Positions 10,620-24,535 are shown, numbered from the stretch's first letter. The stretch is DNA of 64,000 nt from Octopus vulgaris (GCA_951406725.2 OX597818.1:48174001-48238000), one strand, 5' to 3'. The notes: generated by a model from the letters alone, not told the origin. Program-made: numbers and translations.

Positions 10620-10889
10620 AAAAGGAAGTTCGCTAGCGGTCCCCAGCCACAAGTATGTTGGGAGAACGTCTTGTTTGTCGTAGATTTTCCACAGACGCAG
10701 GGACAGGATGGGTTGAAGCCGCAGGTTGTCAGATCAGACGCTTCTGTTCACCAGAGCCCTGTCAGCCGGGTACAGCCCTGATACCGCTGGGTGTCAGAAC
10801 AATACCTTGGGTGGCCCTACCAGAAACTGAAGTCTCCGACAGCATAGCTCTGACACTCCCGTTTCACCCCCTTACCACGATGAGGTGAT
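10620..10889 (-). mobile_element. GC-rich fragment resembling an RTE/BovB-type 5' UTR
   Basis: Minus strand CACCTCATCGTGGTAAGGGG...GAGCTATGCTGT...GGTAGGGCCACCCAAG resembles recalled RTE/BovB 5' UTR motifs. Confidence 0.45.
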
Positions 10890-10922
10890 ATATAATTACA
10901 CATTTATTGGATGGCCATTGAC

Positions 10923-11249
10923 TCTCAAGGGTTCCTCCGCCCTTTGACGGGTTTTGTTTTTCATCCCGCAGGGTATCCAATAAACACCCACCTCACCAAG
11001 CAAGCTTGGTGGGGTCGCCGGTTTAGTCGCTGACAGCAAAGATTTGAGATTAGGATAAATCAGTCCCTGTTACTGAATTATTGGACTAACATTTCTCAAG
11101 AGTTCCTCCGCCCTTTGACGGGTTTTGTTTTTCATCCCGCAGGGTGTCCAATAAACACCCACCTCACCAAGCAAGCTTGGTGGGGTCGCCGGTTTAGTCG
11201 CTGACAGCGAAGATTTGAGATTAGGATAAATCAGTCCCTGTTTCTGAAT
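10923..11249. repeat. Tandem duplication, period 171 bp
   Basis: TCTCAAG.GTTCCTCCGCCC...CCCTGTT.CTGAAT occurs at 10923 and 11094, near-identical. Confidence 0.9.
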
Positions 11250-11282
11250 GGATGCTAAAATATCATTTCTTATTTATTTCAG

Positions 11283-11411
11283 TTACTTGAAGCCTATCGT
11301 AAAGTTCAAAGTGCCCGGCAAAAAAAGAGACAACCAACCAAGAAGGAGAAGGATGCAGTTTGGAAAATTTTGCACGACAGGGAGGATATCCTGAAGCAAC
11401 TTGATGGTTGA
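11283..11411 (+). CDS. TADA3: TADA3 terminal coding exon
   Basis: tttcAG|TTA, phase 0. LLEAYRKVQSARQKKRQPTKKEKDAVWKILHDREDILKQLDG*, closely matching the TADA3 C-terminus (ARQKKRTPTKKEKDQAWK...LDG*). TGA at 11409-11411. Confidence 0.94.
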   Translation, partial: LLEAYRKVQSARQKKRQPTKKEKDAVWKILHDREDILKQLDG

Positions 11412-12345
11412 AGGTGTAACCTTTATTTCCAAGTATATTGGAAAGATTAGTTGCAATTTTCTGCAGTTTTGGAAGATATTTTCCTTGACTAAGCAAACCA
11501 CCAGTTTCTTTCTTTCTACTTCTAGCTCTTTCTGTCTCTGTCTCACTTGTAGGAGCTTGGATCAACATTACACTTGTCCCTCTTATACTGCTACATTAGT
11601 GACACGAGATGGTTTACCCTGGCTAGTAAAATGTACCATTTTGAGATCTGATTTATTTCATAAATAGAAGGAAATTTGAGATTAAAGAATAAGAAAAATA
11701 AGATAATATTTATCTTTTTTTTAGTCCGTGTCTTTGTCTGTTGATTCATGTATATTGGTGTTTATTGCCTGTGTTTTGTTTGTTTTTTGTCCGTTTAAAG
11801 TTCTACGATTCGTCAAGCATAGGAAAGAATTAATGAAGAAATGTGCACACGTATTCTTCATATGTATGCACAGACTCATGCATGAGACAGAAATAAGGTC
11901 TCTGTCTGATGCAGGTTCAGCTAAGGTCAGTCTCTCGTTAAGAAACATCCAAATTAGTGTTGCTCTTTTGCTCCTCTATTACATACAGTTAATTCTTTGG
12001 AATACATTCGTATCTCTAATGGTCAAAGCCTAGGGTTGAAGGAGAGAAATACCACTAAGCACCTTGAGTGAAAAACATTTGTGTTTTTCTGTGGGTTCTA
12101 AAAATTCATTGCTAGCAAATTTGACTGCCTCTTTGTCAATTTTGTGTTAGATACTATCTTATATTGGGAAGAAAAATATGCCAGATATGAATTTTTGTAA
12201 ACAAATTATATACCAGAATTGGTTTTTATGGCTTTGTTCTCGACCAAAAAACAAAAAAGGTAAATTTTTTTTTTTTAAATTACATTTTTTTTTTATTGTT
12301 TATTTAAATTCTATCAACATTCTGGTATTTGTATTATCTGTCTAA

Positions 12346-12351
12346 AATAAA
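12346..12351 (+). promoter_or_regulatory. Candidate polyadenylation signal of TADA3
   Basis: AATAAA ~930 nt after the stop, at the end of a repeat-free AT-rich stretch and followed by TGTGT and T-rich sequence. Repeats resume at 12421. Confidence 0.4.
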
Positions 12352-12420
12352 ATGTGTATTTAAATTTATATAATTTTGCCTTTTCTTTTCTCTGTTTTTA
12401 ATATTTCAATTTGTGCCTTC

Positions 12421-12667
12421 ATCATCATCATCATCGTTTAACGTCCGTTTTCCGCGCTAGCACGGGTTGGACGGTTCGACCGGGGTCTGGGAAGCCAGGG
12501 GCTGCACCAGGCTCCAGTCTGATCTGGCAGTGTTTCTACAGCTGGATGCCCTTCCTAACGCCAACCACTCCGCGAGTGTAGTGGGTGCTTTTTACGTGCC
12601 ACCTGCACAGGTGCCAGGGGGGTCCGGCATCGGCCACGATCGGTTGGAGCTTTTAATGTGCCACCGG
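12421..12667 (-). mobile_element. RTE LINE 3' UTR fragment
   Basis: (ATC)n tail and family motif. Confidence 0.75.
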
Positions 12668-12888
12668 CGAGCTAATATAGAGTAAGAAATAAACGTCAGT
12701 TCAGTAAAGGCCAAGATTCAGTTTCAATTCTTGGTTGACCCAATGACTGTTGAGGTGGAAAGATTTTTTTTATTGCAGTGTTTCTCAACCATTATTTTTT
12801 TTTACCTATGGACTGTCTTTGATTCCTGATTTATTCAGGTGGATCCTCATAGCCATTCAATGTTTTAAAAAATCCTTTTATATTCCTA

Positions 12889-13356
12889 TCATCATCATCA
12901 TCGTTTAGCGTCTGTTTTCCATGCTAGCATGGGTTGGACGGTTCAACTGAGGTCTGGGAAGCCAGAAGGCTGCACCAGGCCCAGTCTGATCTGGCAATGT
13001 TTCTACGGCTGGATGCCCTTCCTAACGTCAACCAGATGAGGCTGGCAAATGGCCATGTTCGGATGGATCTCTTACGTACCACCGGCACTGGTATCGCAGC
13101 TGCAATTTCCATTGATGTTCATCGATTTCGATTTTCACTTGCCTCAACAGGTCTTCACAAGTAGAGTTTTGTGTCCCAAGAAGGAAAGGTATGCATAAGT
13201 GGACCAGCTACATCCCAGGTAGAGGCCACGGGTTATGGTCTCACTTGTCCTGCCGGGTCTTCTCACGCACAGCATACTTCCAAAGGTCTCGGTCTCTAGT
13301 CATTTCCTCGGAGAGACCTAAAGTTCGAAGGGCATGCTTCACCACATCGTCCCAGG
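12889..13356 (-). mobile_element. RTE LINE 3' end (ORF C-terminus + 3' UTR), inserted in a decayed hAT-like MITE (~12777-13477)
   Basis: Minus strand encodes WDDVVKHALRTLGLSEEMTRDRDLWKYAVREKTRQDK*, the RTE C-terminal W..V...L..LG.....DR..W pattern, followed by the (GAT)n-tailed UTR. The host MITE begins CAGTGTTTCTCAACC. Confidence 0.8.
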
Positions 13357-14799
13357 TTTAAATATTATTAGAAATTGTGTAAAAAGAATTGTTAAAATTG
13401 TTTGTGCATTGTAGATGTATAATCAATCTGTTGCAGATAACAGCAAAATCTTATATGGACCCCATTTCAGAATCACAATAGAAAATTAGAACTAAAAAGA
13501 TGTCAAGTGATAAGAAAACAATGAGAAAAATACTTTTGTGTTCACATTGAGCATTTCCTTTGTAACTTTCCTCTGGCTCTAAAATTTTCCAGGACTAAAT
13601 CAAACTCTTGTAAACCAATCCTTAATTACTTTCCTGCATTCCTAAACTAACTCACTTATGCCTTCTACAATTACTCCTGATGCTAGTGCCATGTAAAAAA
13701 AAACACCCAGTACACTCTGTAAAGTGGCTGGTATTAGGAAGGGCATCCAGCTTTAGAAAGCAGGCCAAACAGACAGTGAAACCTAGTGCAGCTCCTGTCA
13801 AACCATCCAACCTGTGCCTGCATGGAAAACAGACATTAAATGGTGGTGGCGGTGGCGGCGGCGTCGTCCACAAGCCATAGAGAGAGGCCTCTAAATAATT
13901 GCTTGATGCACTAGAAAGCACTGGGGTTGATTCCGCATAAAATTAATCCGAATGCTAAATGGTTAAACTACTGTAGTTCATGAACTACAGGAAAGACAAG
14001 CGGAGCAGAGATCCTAGAGAAGCGTTGTTGGGGGGAACAAACACAGACACACAAACATACACATACACACACATACCTATATACGACAGGCTTCCTTCAG
14101 TTTCCGTTCAGTCCCACTGCATGGTACTTTTGGCATGTGTTTCTACTACAGCTTTATGCTGACCAAAAGCCTTGTGAGTGGATTTGGTAGATGGAAACTG
14201 AAAGTCAACCTCCGCAGAATTTGAGCTCAGAATGTAGTTTAACCATTTAGCATTCAGATTAATTTATCAGATATACCTGATAAATTAATTTAACGTTTGG
14301 AAGTGGCTATGTGGTAAGTATAGGCGTGAGAGTGGCTGTGTGGTAAGTAGCTTGCTTACAAACCACATGGTTCCAGGTTCAGTCCTACTGTGTGGCACCT
14401 TTTGGGCAAGTGTCTTCTAATATAGCCTCGGGCCGACCAAAACCTTATGAGTGGATTTGGTAGACGGAAACTGAAGGAAGCCCGTCGTATATATGTATAT
14501 GTTTGTGTGTCTGTGTTTGTCCCCCCAACAACGCTTCTCTAGGATCTCTGCTCCGCTTATGTCTTTCCTGTAGTTCAGGAACCACAACAGTTTAACCATT
14601 TAGCATTCAAATTAATATGTCAAATATATCTGCATCATCATCATTTAACATCTGGGAGTGGTTGTGTGGTAAGATGAATGCTTCCCAGGCACATGGTTCC
14701 GAGTTCAGTCCCACTGCATGGTACTTTTGGCATGTGTCTTCTACTACAGCTTTGTGCTGACCAAAAGCCTTGTGAGCGGATTTGGTAGATAGAAACTGA

Positions 14800-15731
14800 A
14801 AGTCGACCTCTGCGGAATTTGAACTCAGAACGTAAAGACAAACGAAATACCTATTTCTTTTACTAAACACAGAGGGGACAGACACACGGATTAAGTCGAT
14901 TACATCGACCCCAGTGCGTAACTGGTACTTAATTTATCGACCCCAAAAGGATGAAAGGCAAAGTCAACTCAGAACGTAGCGGCAGACGAAATACCTATTT
15001 CTTTACTACCCATAAAGGGCTAAACACAGAGAGGACAACCAAGGACAGACACACGGATTAAGTCGATTATATCGACCCCAGAGCGTAACTAGTACTTAAT
15101 TTATCGACTCCGAAAGGATGAAAGGCAAAATCGACCTCGGCGGAATTTGAACCCAGAACGTAGCGGCATACGAAATACCTATTTCTTTACTACCCACAAG
15201 GGGCTTAACACAGAGGGGTCAACCAAGGACAGAAACACGGATTAAGTCGATTACTTAATTTATCGACCCCGAAAGGATGAAAGGCAAAATCGACCTTGGC
15301 GGAATTTGAACTCAGAACGTAACGGCAGACGAAATACCTATGTCTTTACTACCCACAAGGGGCTAAACACAGAGGGGACAACCAAGGACAGACAAACGGA
15401 TTAAGTCGATTACTTAATTTATCGACCCCGAAAGGATGAAAGGCAAAGTCGACCTCGGCGGAATTTGAACTCAAAACGTAGTGGCAGACGAAATACCTAT
15501 TTCTTTACTACCCCCAAGGGGCTAAACACAAAGGAGATAAAAACAAGGACAGACAAACGGATTAAGTCGATTACATCGACCCCAGAGCGTAACTAGTACT
15601 TAATTTATCGACCCCGTAAGGATGAAAGCCAAAGTCGACCTCGGCGGAATTTGAACTCAGAACGTAGCGGCAGACGAAATACCGCTAAGCATTTCGCCCG
15701 GCGTGCTAACGTCTCTGCCAGCTCGCCGCCT
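14800..15731 (-). repeat. Tandem multimer of SINE family B
   Basis: One headed copy (head near 15731) followed by about five headless ~160-185 bp units joined at GAAATACCTATTTC. Confidence 0.85.
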
Positions 15732-15888
15732 TCCTTTACCCCCCCATATATTTTCACGTGCATCTGTATTGCGCGCGTTCGTGTGTACTTTCAATTTAAG
15801 CGACACTCCTTCCCTTAGTTATTTCTCTATTAACCATCTTCCTGGTTCACCCTCCTCTCATTGTTTTCCTTCCTCCTTTCCTAACACA

Positions 15889-16298
15889 CTTTACTCTTTT
15901 ACTTGTTTCAGTCATTTGACTGCGGCCATGCTGGAGCACCGCCTTTAGTCGAGCAAATCGACCCCGGACTTATTCTTTGTAAGCCCAGTACTTATTCTAT
16001 CGGTCTCTTTTTGCCGAACCGCTAAGTGACGGGGACGTAAACACACCAGCATCGGTTGTCAAGCAATGCTAGGGGGACAAACACAGACACACAAACATAC
16101 ATACATACACACACATATATATATATACATATATACGACAGGCTTCTTTCAGTTTCCGTCTACCAAATCCACTCACAGGGCATTGGTCGGCCCGGGGCTA
16201 TAGCAGAAGACACTTGCCCAAGATGCCACGCAGTGGGACTGAACCCGGAACCATGTGGTTGGTTAGCAAGCTACTTACCACACAGCCACTCCTACGCC
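15889..16298 (-). mobile_element. SINE family A, full length
   Basis: Complete reverse-complement copy. Confidence 0.85.
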
Positions 16299-16849
16299 TT
16301 GTTCCCTTTTCCCCCTCGAAGTTACCTAACTACCAGCACCCTGTTGAATTATTTGATATTTATTTTGTTCCTTTTCCCATCAAATAATTAATTCCTTTAT
16401 TTTTATTTAGTCAAAATAAATTTCCTCTTATTGTCATTTTTTCTATTTCGCGACCTTCAACTTCCTCACCGCACCTCTTTGCTGAATCATCATCCTTACC
16501 ACCTTCCTCATCCTGTCATGTAGCTACATGAATCTCTCCCTCCCTCCACCTCTCTCTCTATCAATCTCTCTCTCTATATATATATATATAGTATTGCGTA
16601 TGTGTGTGCAAGTGAGCGTTGTATACGAGTATTGAACCGAAAGTAATTCAAAAGCGGACAACTTTTTTTTTTTTAATTAACTATCTTCACTTTGCAACCG
16701 CCTGGTTTCGGGTTCAATCTCACTGCACAGCACCTTGGAACTGAACCACTGTGCGACACCTACAAAGGTCCCCAGCCAACCAATGCCTTGTGAGTGAATT
16801 CGGTCGATGGAAACTGTGTGGACGCCGTACGCATACATGCATATATACT

Positions 16850-16908
<59 letters not shown>

Positions 16909-17597
16909 TATATATATGTGTCAATCGATACTGGAAAAAGTATATGTATTTGTGAAGGGAACCTTACTTCTCGTCGACATCTATGATTGTCACACGCCGA
17001 TGACGGGTCAATACCCTGAAACTCGAGTCCGTTTGTATCATAAGTTGAAGACGGGAAGGATGGCTTCCCTTTGCAAATACTGATAAGGCACAGAAAGTGT
17101 GTCTATAGCCAGCTGGAGGAGGTGTCCTCCTGGGGCTACAAACTACAGTAGCATCCACCCTTAGGGGTTAACCATATTCAAATGGCAAATATACGTCACT
17201 ATATATATTCTTTTTTATTTACTTGTTTCAGTCACTTGACTCCGGTCATGCTGGAGCACCGCATTCAGTCGGACAAATTGATCCCAGGACTTATTCTTTG
17301 TAAGCCCAGTACTTGTTCTACCGGTGACATTTGCCGAACTGCTAATTTACAATGACGGAAACATACCAACACTGGTTGTCGAGCGATGATGGAAGGACAA
17401 ACACACACACACTTATATAAGTGTGTGTGTGTGTGTATTGGTAATGTAGCTTCAGAAGGTAGCAGTTCTTTCCTGCTCGGGGTCACAAGTTGTAAGGACT
17501 GAGAATTATTTTTGTAACGGTTGAGTCACCAATTGTAATCAATGCCTGTTATGGTGCAACATCGGTACCACCAATTTGTAACGGTAGAAGTTTATTT

Positions 17598-17635
<38 letters not shown>

Positions 17636-17638
<3 letters not shown>

Positions 17639-18025
17639 GCTGAGGACGCTCGACCTTTATTCTCTTGAAAACGCCGCCGCCGTGGTGATCTCATTCTCGC
17701 CCACAACATCATATGCGGAAAGTGTAACCTCTCGAAAGAGCTGTTCTTCACTCCTGCTCCAGAGCGTCGGCTGCGGGTCATTCCGAAAAGCTCTACCTGC
17801 GACGATTTCATCTCAATCGAAGGAGAGGAGCTTTCTCCGTCCGGGTTGCGGATCCGTGGAACAAGCTGCCAGACGAGATGGTGAAGATGCCGACGACCGC
17901 TTTGTTCAAAGCCTCCCTTGACCTCAAGTGGCCTGAACTCTTTACATGAACACCACCCTGTACTTAACTCCATGTCCCCCTACATGGCCTTGCTATTTGC
18001 TTTTGAGCCAAATTAACTAACTAAC
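17636..18025 (+). mobile_element. CR1-clade LINE 3' end (second subfamily) with (TAAC)n tail
   Basis: With two small frameshifts: LRTLDLYSLE/RRRRGDLILAHNII...RRLR/GHSEKLY...FSVRVADPWNKLPDEMV...FKASLD. Inserted in (TA)n. Confidence 0.85.
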
Positions 18026-18252
18026 ATATATATATATATATACATATACATACACATATATATATACGACAGGCTTCTTTCAGTTTCCGTCTACCAAATC
18101 CACTCACAAGGCTTTAGTCGGCCCAAGGCTACAGTGGAAGATACTTGCCAAAGGTGTCACGCAGTGGGACTGAACCCAGAATCATGTGGTTGGGAAGCAA
18201 GCTACTTACCACACAGCCACGCCTGATATATATATACATATATATATACATA

Positions 18253-18299
<47 letters not shown>

Positions 18300-18332
18300 G
18301 TATGTACATACATACATACATACATACATACA

Positions 18333-18364
<32 letters not shown>

Positions 18365-18390
18365 GGTACATGTGTGTGTGTGTGTGTGTG

Positions 18391-19580
18391 TACACAAGAG
18401 GAAATAAAACAAATATGCGCACTTCCGCTAAAACTTTCTTTGGGTTAACTGCACTGTCTTCAGCGTTCGCGTACTAAGACGTGGTACTCTTGTGGTTACG
18501 AAACGGAAATTTGACCTTGGTCATTCCAGTTTTCTTTCTTGTGTTACAGAGTAAATATGACCACTCCGCTGATAGTGTGCACCAAGGAAGAACAGAGATC
18601 AATGATCCGATTTCTATGGGTTGAAGATATGCCAGGGGCTGAAATTCATAGCAAGCTTTCAGTACAATGCAAGAACAGTACACTACGAGGTATAAGTGTT
18701 TACGAGTGGATTGAGAAATTTTAAAATGGCCGGACACGTGCGAAGCGGGAGCAGGACCTCCATCAACTTCCACCACTGAGGAAAATTCAACAAGCTGGAC
18801 AGATGGTTCTGACGCACCGACCAGTGACCGCCATCGATGAGGTAGAATGTTCTCTGCAAATTAGTCATGATTCTACATACGAAATTGTCTACGACAAGCT
18901 TCGCTTCCATAAAGTCTGTGCAAGATGGATGCCAAAAGAGTTTACCGAAGCGCATAAACGCAATCGTGTGGAGATCAGTCAATGCTTACTCGACCGAAAC
19001 AATGATGAAGGTGAAGCTTTTGGGGGAGAGAATAGTCACAGGTCATAAGATCTGGGTCCATCACTTGGAGCTAGAATCCAAAAGGCAGTGTATGGAAAAG
19101 AAACACCCGGAATCGTTAATAAAACAGAAATTCAAGATTCAACCTTCCGCAGAAAGTGATGCTAACTGCTTTTTGGGACGCAAAAGGTCCTATACTGGAT
19201 CATTACCTGGTAAAAGGGTCTACAGTCACCAGTGTAGGCTATATTGAAATCCTGGCCAACAAAATTAATTCACACCAAACGCCATTAATTCCCACCAAAT
19301 TCCCACCATTAATTCACACCAAACGCCAAGGTCTATTGTCAAAGCAAATGTTATTGTTACACAACAATGCACAGCATTAAAATCATTGAAAATCGAGTTT
19401 CGAGTTGCTGGAACACCCTGCATAGAGTCCACATCTCGCCCCTTACGTCAATATCCTCTTTGGGCCGCTCAAACATCCTTTCCGGGGTCACCAATTTGCT
19501 ACCAGGCGAAGAAGTGCAGGAAGCGATGCATAAATGACTGCTTGACCAGCCGAAAACTTTTCCGATGGAATAAGCAGCCC
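18391..19580 (+). pseudogene. Decayed mariner (Tc1/mariner) transposase element
   Basis: Fragmented frames: EQRSMIRFLW...AEIH...VYEWIEKF; KVCARWMPKEFTE; RIVTGHKIWVHH; KVMLTAFWDAKG; LLHNNA; HPA*SPHLAP. Many stops and frameshifts. Cut at 19591 by a CR1 fragment. Confidence 0.88.
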
Positions 19581-19590
19581 CAGCTTTTAT

Positions 19591-19940
19591 ATATAATAAT
19601 GAAATTAATTGTATACAGTGCTCAGGTGCACCACAACTTGTCAGAAAGTGCATATAAAGCATATGCAGTAATGTAGAAATGTCTGGAAAGCGAACAATGT
19701 ATGAGTCAGATACATGCTTGTGTGTGTATGGAGGGGAGAAAATCAGGTGTAGTGTTGGTGAATCTTAGAAAGCATGGAAGTTTTGAAGGATGCAGTGCTC
19801 CGACAACTGACAACTGATGCCGGCAGTTTGTTCCATGCTTCAGCAACTCTCAGCATGAAAAAATGTTTCCTGAAGTCATGGGAGCTGTGCTGTTTTCTGA
19901 CTTTGTAAATATGTCCACGGGTGTTAGATGGGTGGAGTTT
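19591..19940 (-). mobile_element. CR1 LINE 3' fragment, same extent as 1364-1711
   Basis: Alignable end to end with 1364-1711. Confidence 0.8.
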
Positions 19941-20271
19941 TGTTTTAAGGAATTACAGAAACAACGTGCCGATGGACTAAACGTTCCTCTACAAGTATTC
20001 TTTCTGTTCATACAAAGCAAATAATGAACTCCAAACAGAAGGATGATTTACTGCTCTGGTTTTCTGAAAGCGTTTAAAACCAATGATGACCTTTCCTTCA
20101 CTCCTCGGCCTGATGACAGGGAATGAAACTTGGGTGTAGCTTTATGATCTGTTGCATTTCTTCTCCAAAGGCTTCAGAAGTTCTGCAATCAGTGATTAGC
20201 ACAAAAGATCATTGTTTAGGGGAGGGGAGGGGTGACAGGAGCAATATTCTCCTTGATTTTCTGTAACACAA

Positions 20272-20933
<662 letters not shown>

Positions 20934-20947
20934 TATATATATATATA

Positions 20948-21182
20948 CAGTGGCGGCCAAAATGTTCAGAACGGCATTGTTTTCGTCAGAAAAGTAGATA
21001 TAATTTTTTATCAAAGTTGTTTTATATTCTATAATTTTCACAGACAATAAATACGATATTATTTATTATTGCCTGAGATTTTGGTGTAATTTGAGAGGAT
21101 AATACAAAAGTTATGGATGATTTAGTGATTTACTGCAAAACCGTAGTTGTGAAACGAACGTTTTAACCATTCGGCCATACTG
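20948..21182. mobile_element. Possible Tc1-like MITE
   Basis: TA|CAGTGGCGGCCAAAA start and an imperfect inverse TTCGGCCATACTG end. Confidence 0.4.
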
Positions 21183-21398
21183 CACCCTTTTCCCCCCTAA
21201 CAAGAACACAACCAGTTTTAAGTGTAAATAACAATCATGCAATTGAAGAATGAGATCAACAGGAAGTGAGTCTGTGTCAGCTTTTTTTTAATTTTATATA
21301 TTGAAGAGATCAGATGTACTTGTTATTGTGACAAGGAGAAGCATGTACTCAGTCATCTGACAGAAACCGAAAACAGAAACATCACGTGTAACAGCAAA

Positions 21399-21429
<31 letters not shown>

Positions 21430-21785
21430 ATTTAGTTAGTAAACTACCAATCACTGTAACATCATAAACATATAAACATATACGTTCTGAGTTCGAATTC
21501 CGGCGAGGTCGACTTTACCTTTCATCCTTTCGGGGACGATAAATAAAGTACCAGTTACGCACTGGGGTCGATGTAATCGACTTAATCCGTTGGTCTGTCC
21601 TTGTTTGTCCCCTCTTTGTTTAGCCCCTTGTGGGTAGTAAAGAAATCACTGTAAAATCAAAAACATGATCGACCTACTAATTTGAATATGTAGGGACAAC
21701 TATATGGGGAGCCTATTTAGTGGAGAACCCATATAAAAACCCTGGAACATTCAGGAAGGTTTTTTTGCTAATTAGCTGCAATCTC

Positions 21786-22007
21786 TCTTTTACTCTATTT
21801 TACTTGTTTCAGTCATTTGACTGCGGCCATGCTGGAGCACCGCCTTTAGTCGAGCAAATCGACCCCAGGACTTATTCTTTGTGAGTCTAGTACTTATTCT
21901 ATCGGTCTCTTTTGCCGAACTGCTAAGTTACGGGGACGTAAACACACCAGCATCGGTAGTCAAGCGATGTTGGGTGGGACAAACACAGACACACAAGCAT
22001 ATACATG

Positions 22008-22103
<96 letters not shown>

Positions 22104-22273
22104 CATACATACATATATACGGCGGACTTCTTTCAGTTTCCGTCTACAAAATCCTCTCACAAGGCTTTGGTCGGCCCGAGGCTATACTAGAAGACACTTG
22201 CCCAAGGTGGCACGCAGTGGGACTGAACCCGGAACCATGTGGTTCGTAAGCAAGCTACCACATAGCCACTCCT
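21786..22273 (-). mobile_element. SINE family A
   Basis: Full reverse-complement copy with expanded (CA)n(TA)n. Confidence 0.85.
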
Positions 22274-22294
22274 ACAGGAAAAGTATGTTTCAGT

Positions 22295-22458
22295 TAGTGG
22301 TGTAGCTAGAGTGTGTGCCGTCCGGGGCAGCCCTTGGATTTCCCGCTTCATCCACAACAAAACTCCCTTATACAGCAGATCCAAACATGCCGCTCCTATA
22401 TATAAAAGTGTCTTCCGAGGAGGACTGCTCGATCGCCCCCAACCTAGCTATGCTACTG
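22295..22458. mobile_element. hAT-like MITE
   Basis: (T)AGTGGTGTAGCTAG ... CTAGCTATGCTACTG TIRs and an 8-bp TSD GTTTCAGT/CTTTCAGT (one mismatch). Confidence 0.6.
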
Positions 22459-23512
22459 CTTTCAGTTATTGCTAAACTGTTGTAGCGGAGATTCGAAACC
22501 GAATCACTGGATACGCGGTCAGATATCACGAGCAAACTACAGTAGTTTCACGTGATCGGTCTATTAAGCAACTAATCAGCGTCAAGCCATCGCGTGATTC
22601 AATCTTCTAGAATTTTTCTTCAATCCATATAAGGTCGTTTTTCTTGGCAGTAATTAATGGCAGAATGTTGGAAGACGGTTAGGAATAAGCTCCTTCGTAC
22701 ATGCCAGGCGACTAAGGCAAATTGCAGAATGATGAAGCAGCTGCCTGTTCTGTCCCCATTCTTGCCATAAAACAGACAACTGATAGTCGACAGGAATCAT
22801 TGTCGCCACAAATATAGCAGAATTGTTTCCACTAATGAAGGACCAACCACAGATTGCTGTAGCAGTAAGCTTACTCTTTACTCTTTTACTATTTTACTTC
22901 TTTCAGTCATTTGACTGTGGCCATGCTGAAGCACCGCATTTAGTCGAGCAAATCGACCCCAGGACTTAATTCTTTGTAAGCCTAGTACTTATTCTATCGG
23001 TCTCTTTTTGCCGAACCTTTAAGTTACGGTGACGTAAACACACCAGCATCGGTTGTCAAGTGATGTTCGCGGGACAAACACAGACACACATGGTCTTTTG
23101 GTAGCAAAAAGCGAAGAAAGAGAGACAGAGTGGAGTAGAGAAGGTTGGGGAAGTACGGAATTTGATGTCAGAGTTGGTGAAGAAGGCACATTGGGATTTT
23201 CAGCAGTAAAAATTTTTGCGGCCAACGAAGAGTTTTCCATTCAACTTCGGGCGAGTTGAAGTCACCAGCAATGAAAATATAAGTGGCTGTTATATATACA
23301 CAGAACACGTAAGATTGTAGGTATTCTAACACCAGCTGTGTGGTAAGAATAGGGACAACGTGGCTGTGTGGTAAGGAGATTTCTTCTCAACTACATGGTT
23401 CCGGGTTCAGTCCCACTGCGTGACACCTTGGACAAGTGTTTTTTACTATAGCCTCAGACTGACTAAGGCCTTGTGAGTGGATTTGGTAGACAGAAACTAA
23501 AAGAAGCCCATC

Positions 23513-23605
<93 letters not shown>

Positions 23606-24237
23606 TGTGTGTGTGTATGAACCCACCATCGCTTGCCAACCGATGTTAGTGTGTTAATGTCCCTGAAACTTAGCGGTTCGGCAAAAGAGACGGATAGAAT
23701 AAGTACAAAGGCTTACAAAGAATAAGTCCTGGTCGGTGCTCCAGCATGGCTACTGTCAAATGACCGAAACATGTAAAAGTGAATAAAAGAGAATACACAC
23801 ACACACACACACAAAGTGAAACAGACAAACTGATTAAAAAACTGCACAGAAGGTAGGCAATTCGAAAAATCACACACAAATGGCGGAGGTAGGTTCAGTG
23901 GCAGCGGTGTAAGATGTGTGGTTTGGCGTTGTCCGGTGTTCCTTGTACAAATTGCATGTTTTGTCGCAGGTAAATGAGTGAAATTGCAATTACTGCATAT
24001 GCGTAGACCCTTGCATTGAAGAAAACTGGGATATTTTGGGAGTTATCATACGTTTATAGATTTTTACTTTATGCACAGCTGGCAGATTTCTCATGGAGCT
24101 GCGATGCATACATTCAAATTGAGGTGGACAGTGGGGCGGGGTGGGGCGGGGTGGGGCGGGGTGGGGCGGGGTGGGGCGGAGTGGGGAAAGGCGTGACAGT
24201 AGTGGTGGTCATGGTTATATCAGTAGAATATCATGGC

Positions 24238-24238
24238 A

Positions 24239-24272
<34 letters not shown>

Positions 24273-24535
24273 CGACGACGATGATGATGACGATGGTGAT
24301 GGTGATGGTGATGACGATGATGATGATGATGATGATGGTGTGGTGATGACGACGATGATGATGATGATGGTGATGGTGATGGTGATGGTGATGATGATGA
24401 TGATGGTGATGGTGATGGTGATGATGATAATGATGATGATGACGACGACGATGATGATGACGATGATGATGATGATGATGACGACGACGACGACGACGGT
24501 AATGATGGTGATGATGATGATGATGATGGTGATGG

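Noticed and set aside
10923-11050. HDV-like ribozyme in the 171-bp unit (GGG-TTCCTCCG-CCC loop)
   Set aside because: There is no upstream P1 partner and J4/2 is too long. A simple hairpin explains the pairing.
16964-17172. Structured GC-richer segment with CTGATAAG...GAAAG
   Set aside because: The core lacks G8 and the stems do not assemble into a hammerhead. It is probably an unassigned repeat fragment.
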